A stretch of DNA of 64,000 nt from Tabrizicola sp. BL-A-41-H6 (GTDB lineage: Bacteria; Pseudomonadota; Alphaproteobacteria; Rhodobacterales; Rhodobacteraceae), in assembly GCF_050632395.1 (NCBI RefSeq), contig NZ_CP192600.1, positions 450,424 to 514,423 of the forward strand. Reading direction: 5' to 3'. A program made the position numbers and the translations under genes. Below, in pieces: positions 8,995 to 17,961 of this stretch. The notes beneath the pieces are model-generated. The model ran no database searches and was not told the origin of the DNA. It saw only the letters and a program-made list of their open reading frames with translations. Within the stretch, counting starts at the first letter, position 1. Every line of letters starts with the position of its first letter.

Positions 8995-9453
8995 TCAGAC
9001 CGCAAGCGCCGTGGTTTTCACCACCGTGCGAAGCGCAAAGCTTGACTGCATCTGCCGCACACCGGGCAGTCGGCTCAGGAACTGGCGGTGGATGCGGGCG
9101 AAATCCTCGGTATCCTCGGCCATGATCTTCAGCAGGTAATCCGCCGTCCCCGCCATCAGGTGGCACTCCAGCAGATCCGGCACCCGCGCAACCTCGCGCT
9201 CGAAGGCGTCAAGCAGGTCTTCGGCCTGACTTTGCAGGGTGATTTCCACGAACACCGTGGTCAGCCGCCCCATCTTGCGGGCATCCAGCAGCGCAACATA
9301 GCCTGCGATATACCCCTCCTCCTCCAGTCGCTGCACCCGGCGATGGCAGGCTGATGGCGACAGGTTCACCTGTTCGGACAGTTCGGCATTGGTGATCCGC
9401 CCTTCCTTTTGCAGGACTGTCAGGATGCGGCGGTCGGTTGCGTCAAGATCCAT
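8995..9453 (-). CDS. Lrp/AsnC-family transcriptional regulator, divergent from ald
   Basis: The last 152 aa of the 640-aa track ORF read MDLDATDRRILTVLQKEGRITNAELSEQVNLSPSACHRRVQRLEEEGYI... The rest of that ORF is antisense to ald. Confidence 0.9.
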   Translation of the reverse strand: MDLDATDRRILTVLQKEGRITNAELSEQVNLSPSACHRRVQRLEEEGYIAGYVALLDARKMGRLTTVFVEITLQSQAEDLLDAFEREVARVPDLLECHLMAGTADYLLKIMAEDTEDFARIHRQFLSRLPGVRQMQSSFALRTVVKTTALAV

Positions 9454-9603
9454 GTTCGGTGCAAGTTTCTTCGGCTGGATGCGGAAATATCGGCAGAATC
9501 TACGCCATCCAACCCGACCCGTCACCCAGAATTCAAAGCATTTGCGAAGAAACAGGCAAAGACTGACCGCACAAGGGCCGCTTTGGCCCGCAGGGAGACA
9601 GCA

Positions 9604-10722
9604 ATGAAAATCGGTTGCCCGAAGGAAATCAAGCCGCAGGAATTCCGCGTCGGCATGACCCCGGATGCCGCGCGCGAAGCGGTGGCGCATGGCCATTCCG
9701 TGATGATCGAAACCAACGCCGGCACCGGCGCGGGCTTTTCTGACGCCGATTATCAGGCGGCGGGTGCAAAGATCGTCGGCACCGCCGAAGAGGTCTTCGC
9801 CGCCGCCGACATGATCGTCAAGGTCAAGGAACCGCAGGCTGTAGAGCGCAAGCGCCTGCGCGAGGGGCAGGTCTTGTTCACCTACCTCCACCTTGCCCCC
9901 GACCCGGAGCAGACGAAAGACCTTCTGGCCTCGGGCGTCACCGCCATCGCCTACGAGACGGTGACGGATGACCGTGGCGGCCTGCCGCTTCTGGCGCCGA
10001 TGTCCGAGGTTGCGGGCCGTCTGGCGCCGCAGGTCGGGGCGTGGACGCTGCAAAAAGCCAACGGCGGGCGCGGCGTCCTGCTGGGCGGGGTGCCGGGCGT
10101 GTCGCCGGCTAAGGTGCTGGTCATTGGCGGCGGTGTCGTCGGCACCCACGCGGCCAAGGTTGCGGCCGGGATGGGCGCGGATGTCACCGTGCTTGACCGG
10201 TCGATCAACCGCCTGCGCTATCTGGATGACGTGTTCGGGCGCGACTTCAAGAACGCCTACGCCAGCGCCGGCAACACAATCGCGCTTGCCCGCGAGGCCG
10301 ACCTCATCATTGGTGCGGTGCTGATCCCCGGTGCCGCCGCGCCGAAATTGATCAGCCGCGCGCAACTGAAGGAGCTGAAGCCCGGCGCGGCGTTGGTTGA
10401 CGTCGCCATCGACCAGGGTGGCTGCTTCGAGACGTCGCGCGCCACCACCCATCAGGACCCGATCTATGACGTAGACGGGATCATGCACTACTGCGTCGCC
10501 AACATGCCCGGCGCGGTGGCGCGCACCTCGACGCAAGCCTTGGGCAACGCGACAATGCCCTTCCTGCTGGCGCTGGCCGACAAGGGCTGGAAAAAGGCCT
10601 GCGCCGACGACAGGCACCTGCTGGCAGGCCTGAATACCCACAAGGGCAAGCTGACTTATGCCGCCGTCGGCGCGGCGCTTGGCCTGCCGGTAATCTCGGC
10701 CGCCGACGCGCTGGCGCATTGA
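9604..10722 (+). CDS. ald: Alanine dehydrogenase
   Basis: MKIGCPKEIKPQEFRVGMTPDAAREAV...VLVIGGGVVGTHAAKVAAGMGADVTVLD. GGGAGA lies upstream of ATG 9604. Confidence 0.95.
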   Translation: MKIGCPKEIKPQEFRVGMTPDAAREAVAHGHSVMIETNAGTGAGFSDADYQAAGAKIVGTAEEVFAAADMIVKVKEPQAVERKRLREGQVLFTYLHLAPDPEQTKDLLASGVTAIAYETVTDDRGGLPLLAPMSEVAGRLAPQVGAWTLQKANGGRGVLLGGVPGVSPAKVLVIGGGVVGTHAAKVAAGMGADVTVLDRSINRLRYLDDVFGRDFKNAYASAGNTIALAREADLIIGAVLIPGAAAPKLISRAQLKELKPGAALVDVAIDQGGCFETSRATTHQDPIYDVDGIMHYCVANMPGAVARTSTQALGNATMPFLLALADKGWKKACADDRHLLAGLNTHKGKLTYAAVGAALGLPVISAADALAH

Positions 10723-10733
10723 TGTGAACGCAA

Positions 10734-10760
10734 AAGGCCCCCGATGCTGTCGGGGGCCTT
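10734..10760 (-). terminator. Hairpin terminator shared by convergent ald and mscL (T-tract only in the mscL direction)
   Basis: AAGGCCCCCGA-TGCTG-TCGGGGGCCTT. On the minus strand it is followed by TTTTG. Confidence 0.65.
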
Positions 10761-10778
10761 GGCAACGGCGTGTCGCGC

Positions 10779-11198
10779 TTACTTCTTCAGCTGGACGAGG
10801 ATTTCTTTCAGGAGGTCCACTTCGGTCGGCCCGGCAGCAGCAGCCTCGGCTGCTTCCTTGCGTGCGGTCGCCTCTTTCAGCTTGTTCACCGCCTTGACCA
10901 GCAGGAACACCACCCATGCGATGATCAGGAAGTTGATCACCGCCGTGATGAACGCGCCGTAGGCAAAGACTGGCGCGCCAGCCTCTTTCGCCACGGCCAG
11001 CGAGGCCGGGTTGGTGCCGGAAAGGTCGATGAACAGGTTGGAGAAATCAACCCCGCCGGTCAAAAGACCGATCAGCGGATTGATCAGGTCGCCGACGAGC
11101 GAGTTGACGATGGCCGTAAAGGCCGCACCGATGATGATACCGACCGCAAGGTCGACCACATTCCCTTTGGCGATGAACGCCTTGAATTCATTAAGCAT
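10779..11198 (-). CDS. mscL: Large-conductance mechanosensitive channel
   Basis: [44 protein letters not shown], canonical MscL. Confidence 0.95.
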   Translation of the reverse strand: MLNEFKAFIAKGNVVDLAVGIIIGAAFTAIVNSLVGDLINPLIGLLTGGVDFSNLFIDLSGTNPASLAVAKEAGAPVFAYGAFITAVINFLIIAWVVFLLVKAVNKLKEATARKEAAEAAAAGPTEVDLLKEILVQLKK

Positions 11199-11347
11199 TG
11201 CACGGTTCCCTTCGTTCTCTGCCTGGACGGCGGATGTTGTGTGTTGCGTAGCTGCACATAGCCGTGGCGACTATTGCACAGCAGAGTTCGCTGTCGCACG
11301 GGGAATTTTCCCGTATCGTGCCGCAAATCCCACTGGAGGAATGCAAT

Positions 11348-12043
11348 TTGCCAAGCCTTGCCGATTATCCGATCACCCGGAAATGGCCGCCCCGCAATCC
11401 GGACGCGATCCAGCTTTATTCCTTGCCGACGCCGAATGGCGTGAAGGTCTCGATCGCGCTGGAGGAGGTGGGTCTCCCCTACGATGCCCACCTCGTCAAC
11501 TTTGCCACGAACGACCAGACCAGCCCCGAATTCCTCAGCCTCAATCCGAACAATAAGATCCCGGCGATCATAGATCCGCACGGGCCGGGCGGGGTGCCGC
11601 TGGCGCTTTTTGAAAGCGGGGCGATCCTGATCTACATCGCCGAAAAGTCGGGCAAGTTGATGCCCGAGGGCAGCCGCTGGCAGGTGCTGCAATGGCTGAT
11701 GTTCCAGATGGGTGGCATCGGCCCGATGTTCGGCCAGCTTGGCTATTTTCACTACTTTGCCGGGAAAGACATCAGCGACCCTCGCCCAAAGGAGCGCTAC
11801 CGCGCCGAAGTGGAACGGCTTTTGAAGGTGCTGGATGGCGCGCTTGCCGACAAGGTCTGGATTGCCGGCGATTACTCCATTGCCGACATCGCCATCGGGC
11901 CGTGGTTGCGGACCTTGCGTGATTTCTACAAGGCCGCCGACATCGCCGGCTGGGATCACCTGAAGCATGTCCCGGCCTATCTTGACCGGTTCCTTGCCCG
12001 CCCGGCAGTGCAGCGCGGCCTGCTGCAACCACCGCGCGCCTGA
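11348..12043 (+). CDS. Glutathione S-transferase, Nu class (YfcG/YghU-like)
   Basis: YPITRKWPPRNPDAIQLYSLPTPNGVKVSIALEE...NPNNKIPAIIDP...ESGAILIYIAEK. There is no in-frame ATG. TTG 11348 sits 8 nt after GGAGG and fits the usual N-terminus. The track uses GTG 11264. Confidence 0.83.
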   Translation: MPSLADYPITRKWPPRNPDAIQLYSLPTPNGVKVSIALEEVGLPYDAHLVNFATNDQTSPEFLSLNPNNKIPAIIDPHGPGGVPLALFESGAILIYIAEKSGKLMPEGSRWQVLQWLMFQMGGIGPMFGQLGYFHYFAGKDISDPRPKERYRAEVERLLKVLDGALADKVWIAGDYSIADIAIGPWLRTLRDFYKAADIAGWDHLKHVPAYLDRFLARPAVQRGLLQPPRA

Positions 12044-12046
12044 CGC

Positions 12047-13138
12047 TCAGTTCACCAGAAACTCCGCGTGCAGCGCGCCGGCGGCGTTGATGCTTTTCAG
12101 GATGTCGATCATGTCGTGGGGGGCCACGCCCAGCGCGTTCAGTCCGGCCACCACTTCTGCCAGACTGGTGCCGCCCTGCACTTCGGCCAGCCCGCTGCCG
12201 CCCTTGCCGATATCGGTGCGCGTGCGCGGAACCACCACAGTCTCGCCCTCGCTGAACGGGTTCGGTTGCACCACCATCGGGCTTTCCTCGATCCGCAGGG
12301 TCAGGTTGCCCTGCGCCACCGCGACCCGGCTGATCCGCACATCCTGCCCCATGACGATGGTGCCGGACCGCTGGTCGACCACGACCCGGGCCCGCGTTTC
12401 CGGCTCGACCATGATGCCCTCGATCCGGCTGAGGACATGCGCTGGCGACGGCATTCTTGCGGCCGGAATGTCGATGCTGACGGTGCCTGAATCCAGCATA
12501 CGGGCGATGCCACGGCCAAATTCGGCGTTGACCGCGCGTTCGATGCGTTCGGCGGTGGTGAAATCTGCGGTCTTCAAGGCCATCCGCAATTCGGTCAGGC
12601 CGGCGAAATCGAACTCCACCTCGCGTTCCACCCGCGCGCCCGAAGGGATCACCCCGGCGGTCGGCACGCCTTGCACCACGCGCGCCGCGTCGCCCTCTGC
12701 CACCACGCCACCGGCGATGATGGTGCCTTGCGCCACGGCATAGATCTGCCCGTCGGCCCCGTTCAGGGGTGTCATGATCAGTGTGCCGCCAAGCAGGCTT
12801 TTCGCATCCCCGATGGCTGATACGGTCACGTCGATGCGCGCGCCAGACCGGGCAAAGGCCGGCAGCGCCGCCGTCACGAACACCGCCGCCACGTTCTTTG
12901 GCCGGAACTCCTCGCCCGTCACGTTTGCGCCCAGCCGCTCCAGCAGGTTGGCCATGATCTCTTCGGTAAAGGGCGCGTTGCGGATGCCGTCGCCGGTGCC
13001 GTTCAGCCCGACGACCAGCCCGTAGCCCACAAGGTCGTTGCCGCGCACACCGTCGAATTCAACCAGATCCTTGATGCGGATCGGTTCGGCCACCGCCATG
13101 CCGGCGGTCAGCAGGAAGGCAAGGATCAGACGGATCAT
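12047..13138 (-). CDS. flgI: Flagellar P-ring protein
   Basis: Signal peptide, then IRIKDLVEFDGVRGNDLVGYGLVVGLNGTGD. Confidence 0.95.
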   Translation of the reverse strand: MIRLILAFLLTAGMAVAEPIRIKDLVEFDGVRGNDLVGYGLVVGLNGTGDGIRNAPFTEEIMANLLERLGANVTGEEFRPKNVAAVFVTAALPAFARSGARIDVTVSAIGDAKSLLGGTLIMTPLNGADGQIYAVAQGTIIAGGVVAEGDAARVVQGVPTAGVIPSGARVEREVEFDFAGLTELRMALKTADFTTAERIERAVNAEFGRGIARMLDSGTVSIDIPAARMPSPAHVLSRIEGIMVEPETRARVVVDQRSGTIVMGQDVRISRVAVAQGNLTLRIEESPMVVQPNPFSEGETVVVPRTRTDIGKGGSGLAEVQGGTSLAEVVAGLNALGVAPHDMIDILKSINAAGALHAEFLVN

Positions 13139-14136
13139 CGGATATACTCGGCAAGGTTAAGCCGCGAAACGCGGGAGGTGACGAGGTAAAGCGCTTCAAG
13201 CGCCGCCTGTAGTTCCTCAAGGCGCGAGGCAGCCTCGTAGGGATCGACCGTGGCAATACCGCTGCGCGCGATCATGAGCGCGCTGTCTTCGGCGCCGTTA
13301 CGGGTGCTGGCGGTTTCGATCTGCGCTTCGACGATGCCGATGTGCGCCGCAAGGCCGACCCGCGCATCCTCGCTGTTTTGCAGCATCAACCCGGCACGGT
13401 TCGCCAGATCGACGCGGGCGCTGGGCTGCGCATTCATCAGCCCCCGATCCAGCAGCGCGGCCATTGCCAGCCCCGCCAGCGTATCCCGGAACGCAGGGTC
13501 CAGCGCGGTCACGGCCAGATCGGCGCTTTCTCCGGGGGCGATCGGGACCGGCGCCTGTGCCGCCCCGCCCCGGTAGAACGTGCCGTAGCCTGCCGGGTCG
13601 GCGAACCACCCGCGAACGGCGGTCTCGATGGCATCGGATGTGGTCGCGCCGGTCACTGCGGTCTCCAGCGCGCCCAACAATTCTTCCGCGCTGCCAAGCG
13701 GCGAAACTCCGGTCTCGACCCCGGACAGGACCGACCGTCCGGCCACCTGCGTGTTGATCGCCCCAAGTGCGGTATCCAGCCGCGCCCGGGCTTCGGCGGC
13801 GGCGGTGTTGACCTGCGACGGGGTGGTCATGCTGGCCGCCCTCAGGAGCGAGGTCGCGGTGGGCCCCGCAACGCTGGTCAGTGTGGCGAGCGTCGTCTGC
13901 ATTGCGCCCGACAGGAAGCCGGCGTCGGCGGCGGTTGACCGATACGCCGCCAGCCGCCCAAGACTGGCATCAAGCGCCGCAAGCGTGGTCAGGTCGCCCC
14001 GGACGGCGGCCGCAGTGTCGGTCTGGCGGCCGGTCACCACCTCGGTGCTGGCGCGCTGCATGTCGGCCTTCAGCGCGGCGCCCTGCCGTTGCAGGATCGA
14101 GGTCAGGCTGGCGTCGCCGATGCTGATGCGGTTCAT
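13135..14136 (-). CDS. flgL: Flagellar hook-associated protein 3 (FlgL, flagellin-fold)
   Basis: Position after flgK, with a 4-nt overlap on each side. Flagellin-like N and C helices (...LEELQAALEALYLVTSRVSRLNLAEYIR). Confidence 0.8.
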   Translation of the reverse strand: MNRISIGDASLTSILQRQGAALKADMQRASTEVVTGRQTDTAAAVRGDLTTLAALDASLGRLAAYRSTAADAGFLSGAMQTTLATLTSVAGPTATSLLRAASMTTPSQVNTAAAEARARLDTALGAINTQVAGRSVLSGVETGVSPLGSAEELLGALETAVTGATTSDAIETAVRGWFADPAGYGTFYRGGAAQAPVPIAPGESADLAVTALDPAFRDTLAGLAMAALLDRGLMNAQPSARVDLANRAGLMLQNSEDARVGLAAHIGIVEAQIETASTRNGAEDSALMIARSGIATVDPYEAASRLEELQAALEALYLVTSRVSRLNLAEYIR

Positions 14137-15596
14137 GATCCCAGCCCGATCAGCGTGTTGATCATGTCGCTTACCGTCTGGATCACCTTGGCGTTCGCCG
14201 CGTAGTTCTTTTCGATTACCAGCAGCATCTGCATCTCCTGATCGGTATCGACGCCGTCTTGCCTTTCCAGATCAGACAGCGCCGAGAGCCGGGCCGCCGT
14301 GAAGCTGGCCTGACTGTCTGCGCCAAGCCTTCGGGTCGCGGTGTCGGACAGCACGTCTGCCATCAGTCCCGCAAGGCTGCGCGACCCGGCGATGAACCCG
14401 GGCGAGGCAAGCGGGCGCGCCGCCGAAAGCGCCTGACCAAGGCCAACCAGCAGGCTGCCGTTGCCGGGCGGGCCTGCCGTCACAGCACCAAGACCATCGC
14501 GCAGCCGGAAAAGTGCACCGCCCTGTGCGGGATCGACCGCTGCGTTCAGCCGCAGTCGCCCGGCAAGGCCGACCTCGTCCGTCGGCACCAGAGGAAGGCC
14601 CCGGTCGGTGAACAGCCCCGGTGCGCCGGGGGCAAGCGTCGGATCAAGCCCGCTCTGCGAGAAGCGCTCGACCAGATCGCGGGCCACCGCGTCCAGCCGC
14701 CCCTGCGCCGACACGGCCAGATCGTCGCGTATGGCGAACAACGCGGCCAGTTTGCCGCCAAGGATCGGACTACCGATCCCGGCCGTATCGACGGCGCGCC
14801 CGTTCACCGTCAGTCCTGAAAGCGCGCCGCTGGCTTGTGTCATGTCGGGCGTGATCGTGTTGGTGGGCGTAAACCCCAGCACTACCGCGGTGCCATCGAC
14901 CAACGCGACGCCCCCGAGGGTGTAAAGGGCCACCTGGTTCGGGCCGCGCGGCATTTCCCGCAGCGGGACGATCTGGGCGACCCCGTCGATCAGTTTCTGG
15001 CGCTGATCCAACAAGGCGGACACGTCATAACCGGCGGCGGAAAAGCTGCGCAATTCGGTGTTCAGCTCATGGATCTGGCCCAGTGCGCCATTCAGCCGGT
15101 CGACCTCGGTGCCGATGTCGCGGTCGGCGGTGGCGCGGGCCGACTTAATGTCCTGCGAGGCTGTATTCAGCCCCGCGGCAAGGGACTGTGCCGACGCGGC
15201 AACCGCGGCCAGCCGGGCATCGACATCCGGTCGGCCAGACGCCTCGATCAAGGCGCGCTCCAGCGCGGCGATCCGGGCCGGGATCGACCCCGGTTCCTCG
15301 GGCAGGCCGATGGCGTCTTCGACCCTGCCAAGGAAGGTGGCCGTGGTGCTGCGCTCGCCGTCACCGGCCTGCGACAGGCGGCGCTCGTTGATCAGGAACT
15401 GGTCTACATCGCGGCTGATGCCCAGCACGGCCACGCCCTGCCCGGTACCGGCCAGCACCGCTGCGCCCAATTGCACCTCGCGTCGGGCATAGCCCGGCGT
15501 CGTCGCGTTCGCCACGTTCGACGACAGCACCTCCGCCTGACGCGAGGTGGCGCTGAGGCCGCTCAGGGCGCTCGACAGGGCTGAGGTGATGCTCAT
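14133..15596 (-). CDS. flgK: Flagellar hook-associated protein 1
   Basis: MSITSALSSALSGLSATSRQAEVLSSNVANATTPGYARR and a C-terminal flagellar rod/hook-type helix. Confidence 0.9.
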   Translation of the reverse strand: MSITSALSSALSGLSATSRQAEVLSSNVANATTPGYARREVQLGAAVLAGTGQGVAVLGISRDVDQFLINERRLSQAGDGERSTTATFLGRVEDAIGLPEEPGSIPARIAALERALIEASGRPDVDARLAAVAASAQSLAAGLNTASQDIKSARATADRDIGTEVDRLNGALGQIHELNTELRSFSAAGYDVSALLDQRQKLIDGVAQIVPLREMPRGPNQVALYTLGGVALVDGTAVVLGFTPTNTITPDMTQASGALSGLTVNGRAVDTAGIGSPILGGKLAALFAIRDDLAVSAQGRLDAVARDLVERFSQSGLDPTLAPGAPGLFTDRGLPLVPTDEVGLAGRLRLNAAVDPAQGGALFRLRDGLGAVTAGPPGNGSLLVGLGQALSAARPLASPGFIAGSRSLAGLMADVLSDTATRRLGADSQASFTAARLSALSDLERQDGVDTDQEMQMLLVIEKNYAANAKVIQTVSDMINTLIGLGS

Positions 15597-15605
15597 GCCC
15601 TAGGC

Positions 15606-16913
15606 CTAGCGCTTGATGTTCGTGGTTTCCTGCAACATCTCGTCCACCGTCTGGATCACCTTGGCGTTCGAAGAATAGGCCCGCTGCGTCTGGATCAATG
15701 CGGTCAGTTCCGCAGCCACGTCGGTTTTCGACCCTTCGCGCGAATAGCCTTGCACCGATCCGGTCGGCCCGCTGCCCGCATCCCAAAGGAAGAACGACCC
15801 CGATTCCGGCGACACCTGGTAGGTCTGGTTCGACATCGACAGAAGTCCGTTGGGGTTGGGCACGTCGACCAGCGGAATCTGGTAAAGCCGCCGCGTGAAG
15901 CCGGTGTCGTAGGTGGCGTTCACATAACCCTTCTCGTCCACCTCGACGTTCGTCAGGTTGCCGACCGGCGAGCCGTTCTTGGTGATCGAAACCGGTGCGA
16001 AATTGTCTGAAAGCTGCGTCAGGCCGTTCGGATCGCCCAGCCGCCCGACACCCACGCTCATCGGACCGCCGGCGACGATCAGGTCAAGCGTGCCATCGGC
16101 GGCGTTGTAAGCCCCGCCCGACACCACCACGACCGAGGCGAGCGTGCCCCCGGCGCCGCGCGAATCGTCGAAGGTCAGGGTGTATTCACCGATCAGCGCG
16201 TTGGCCGAGGCCGAGTCGCGCACCTGCATTGTCCACTGGTTCGACGATCCGGCCGCCGGGACGATCGGCGTGAACGTGACCTGCAGCGATTCCGACGTGC
16301 CGAGGTTGCCGAAGTATTCCACCGCAAGCGGCTGCGGCGTGGCGGTCGACCCCGCAACCGTCTGGGTCGCGGGCAGGTTGACGCCTAGTGTGATCGCCGT
16401 CGTCGGGTCGCCCGCGGTCTGGTTGGTGTTGATCACGATGGGCACCAGCCCGGTCATCGTATCCCGCGGCAACGACGGGATCGAGCCGTCGGCATCGGCG
16501 GGCCAGCCCATCAGCACAAGGCCCGAATCGGTCTTCAGCACACCTTCGGCATCGGTGCGAAAGCTGCCGGTGCGGGTCATGAACAGGGCCGTGTCGCTGG
16601 TGGCGTTGCCCAGCGACACGTCCTGGATCACCGGCAACATGCCGCGCCCGGCGATCGCGATATCCAGCGCGTTGCCGGTGCCGACCAGATCGCCCCGCTC
16701 TTCGATCAGGCGGGTGGTTGTCGCACGCACACCGCCAGCCGAATACGACCCGGCATTGCGCGAGCTGGTGATGACCATGCTGGTGAAATCGGTCGAGGCC
16801 CGCTTGTAGCCATAGGTGCCGGAGTTCGCGATATTGTCGGAAATCGAGGCGAGGCGGGTCGCATTCGCGTTCAACCCGGCCACGCCCGCGCTGAGCGAGG
16901 AGGAAATTGTCAT
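15606..16913 (-). CDS. flgE: Flagellar hook protein
   Basis: MTISSSLSAGVAGLNANATRLASISDNIANSGTYGYKR...QTQRAYSSNAKVIQTVDEMLQETTNI. Confidence 0.93.
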   Translation of the reverse strand: MTISSSLSAGVAGLNANATRLASISDNIANSGTYGYKRASTDFTSMVITSSRNAGSYSAGGVRATTTRLIEERGDLVGTGNALDIAIAGRGMLPVIQDVSLGNATSDTALFMTRTGSFRTDAEGVLKTDSGLVLMGWPADADGSIPSLPRDTMTGLVPIVINTNQTAGDPTTAITLGVNLPATQTVAGSTATPQPLAVEYFGNLGTSESLQVTFTPIVPAAGSSNQWTMQVRDSASANALIGEYTLTFDDSRGAGGTLASVVVVSGGAYNAADGTLDLIVAGGPMSVGVGRLGDPNGLTQLSDNFAPVSITKNGSPVGNLTNVEVDEKGYVNATYDTGFTRRLYQIPLVDVPNPNGLLSMSNQTYQVSPESGSFFLWDAGSGPTGSVQGYSREGSKTDVAAELTALIQTQRAYSSNAKVIQTVDEMLQETTNIKR

Positions 16914-16971
16914 GGGAAAAGCGCCTTTCTGCTGCTTCGACTCCTGATCAGGCGAAGCTGCACCTGGCGGC

Positions 16972-16986
16972 TTAAGATAGGCCTAA
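16972..16986. promoter_or_regulatory. CtrA-box-like element TTAA-N7-CTAA upstream of flgE
   Basis: TTAAGATAGGCCTAA read directly, about 60-75 nt upstream of the flgE ATG. It has one mismatch to TTAA-N7-TTAA. Confidence 0.3.
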
Positions 16987-17009
16987 CGTCTAAAATCTTA
17001 TGTTTCGCG

Positions 17010-17840
17010 TCACCGGTCCCTCCGCAGCAGGATGATTTCCAGCCGGTTGTTGCGGATTGCCGCCGGGTCCGAGGTGGCAGGTTTGCGGTCGGCAAATCCT
17101 GACACCCGCTGCATCCGATCAGGCGCGATGCCGGCGTCTTCCAGATATGTCCGCATCGCCTGCGCCCGCGCGGCCGACATGTCCCAGACCGGGTTGTCGA
17201 CCAGCGTCACCGGATAGGCGCGCATGTGGCCGTTCACGGCCATTTCGTTCGTGGTCAGGTTCAACACCTCTGACAACAGGTCGGCAATCGCCAGGATCAC
17301 CGGTTCCGGTTCGTTGGCCTCGGTGAACAGCGGCGCCCCTTCGACATCGAAGATCTCGATCACCAGCCCCTCGTCGGTGACGCGGGTGATGACGTGGCGC
17401 AAAAGCTGCTCCATCGTGTTGCTTTCGCCACCCCGAGCCAGCAACGCGCGTTCCACATCCTTAAGCTCGGAGGGCGCGTCGCCTTCGCCAGCGGTGCCGT
17501 CGTCGTTGGCCGCCGTGGCCGATGCGGCGCTTTTGGTTGCGGTGGCACCGGTTCCGCTATGCGCCAGCGTTTGTTCGGAAAACACGGAATCGCCGCCAAA
17601 TGCGCCGTCGCCACCGCCCGAAATGCGGTTCACCGGGATCGTCGGATTGAAGTAATCCGAAATCCCCTTGCGCTGTTTTTCCGTTGTCGCGTTCAACAGC
17701 CACATCAGCAGGAAGAACGCCATCATGGCGGTCACAAAATCGGCATAGGCCACTTTCCACGCCCCACCGTGGTGCCCGCCCGCCTTGATGATCTTCTTCC
17801 GTTTGATGATGACTGGCGCGGCATTCCCAAGCCCTGCCAT
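17010..17840 (-). CDS. motB: Flagellar motor stator protein MotB (OmpA-like C-terminus)
   Basis: WKVAYADFVTAMMAFFLLMWLL plug/TM signature and a C-terminal OmpA-like peptidoglycan-binding region. Start set at ATG 17840. Confidence 0.85.
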   Translation of the reverse strand: MAGLGNAAPVIIKRKKIIKAGGHHGGAWKVAYADFVTAMMAFFLLMWLLNATTEKQRKGISDYFNPTIPVNRISGGGDGAFGGDSVFSEQTLAHSGTGATATKSAASATAANDDGTAGEGDAPSELKDVERALLARGGESNTMEQLLRHVITRVTDEGLVIEIFDVEGAPLFTEANEPEPVILAIADLLSEVLNLTTNEMAVNGHMRAYPVTLVDNPVWDMSAARAQAMRTYLEDAGIAPDRMQRVSGFADRKPATSDPAAIRNNRLEIILLRRDR

Positions 17841-17961
17841 CGTCACACCCAAAACTACCCGAACCAAGGGATAGCAAGTCAGGCTTTAGGCGGCCTTAAC
17901 ACTTAGGGTTTTAGCCAAGTGTCGCAGTTTCGCCGCGATCCGCTCAGGGGGCCGGAGTGCA

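Noticed and set aside
8995-10917. 640-aa minus-strand ORF, and similar giants (28252-30027 minus, 591 aa; 30228-31796 plus, 522 aa; 33065-34636 plus, 523 aa; 60916-62613 plus, 565 aa; 52146-53204 minus, 352 aa).
   Set aside because: They are Arg/Gly/His/Pro-rich low-information translations with no motifs. They lie antisense or out of frame to strongly recognisable genes (ald, the ABC ATPase, the dynamin-like genes, amtB, ftsK). This is the typical high-GC ORF artefact. Only the last 152 aa of 8995-10917 (the Lrp regulator) is real.
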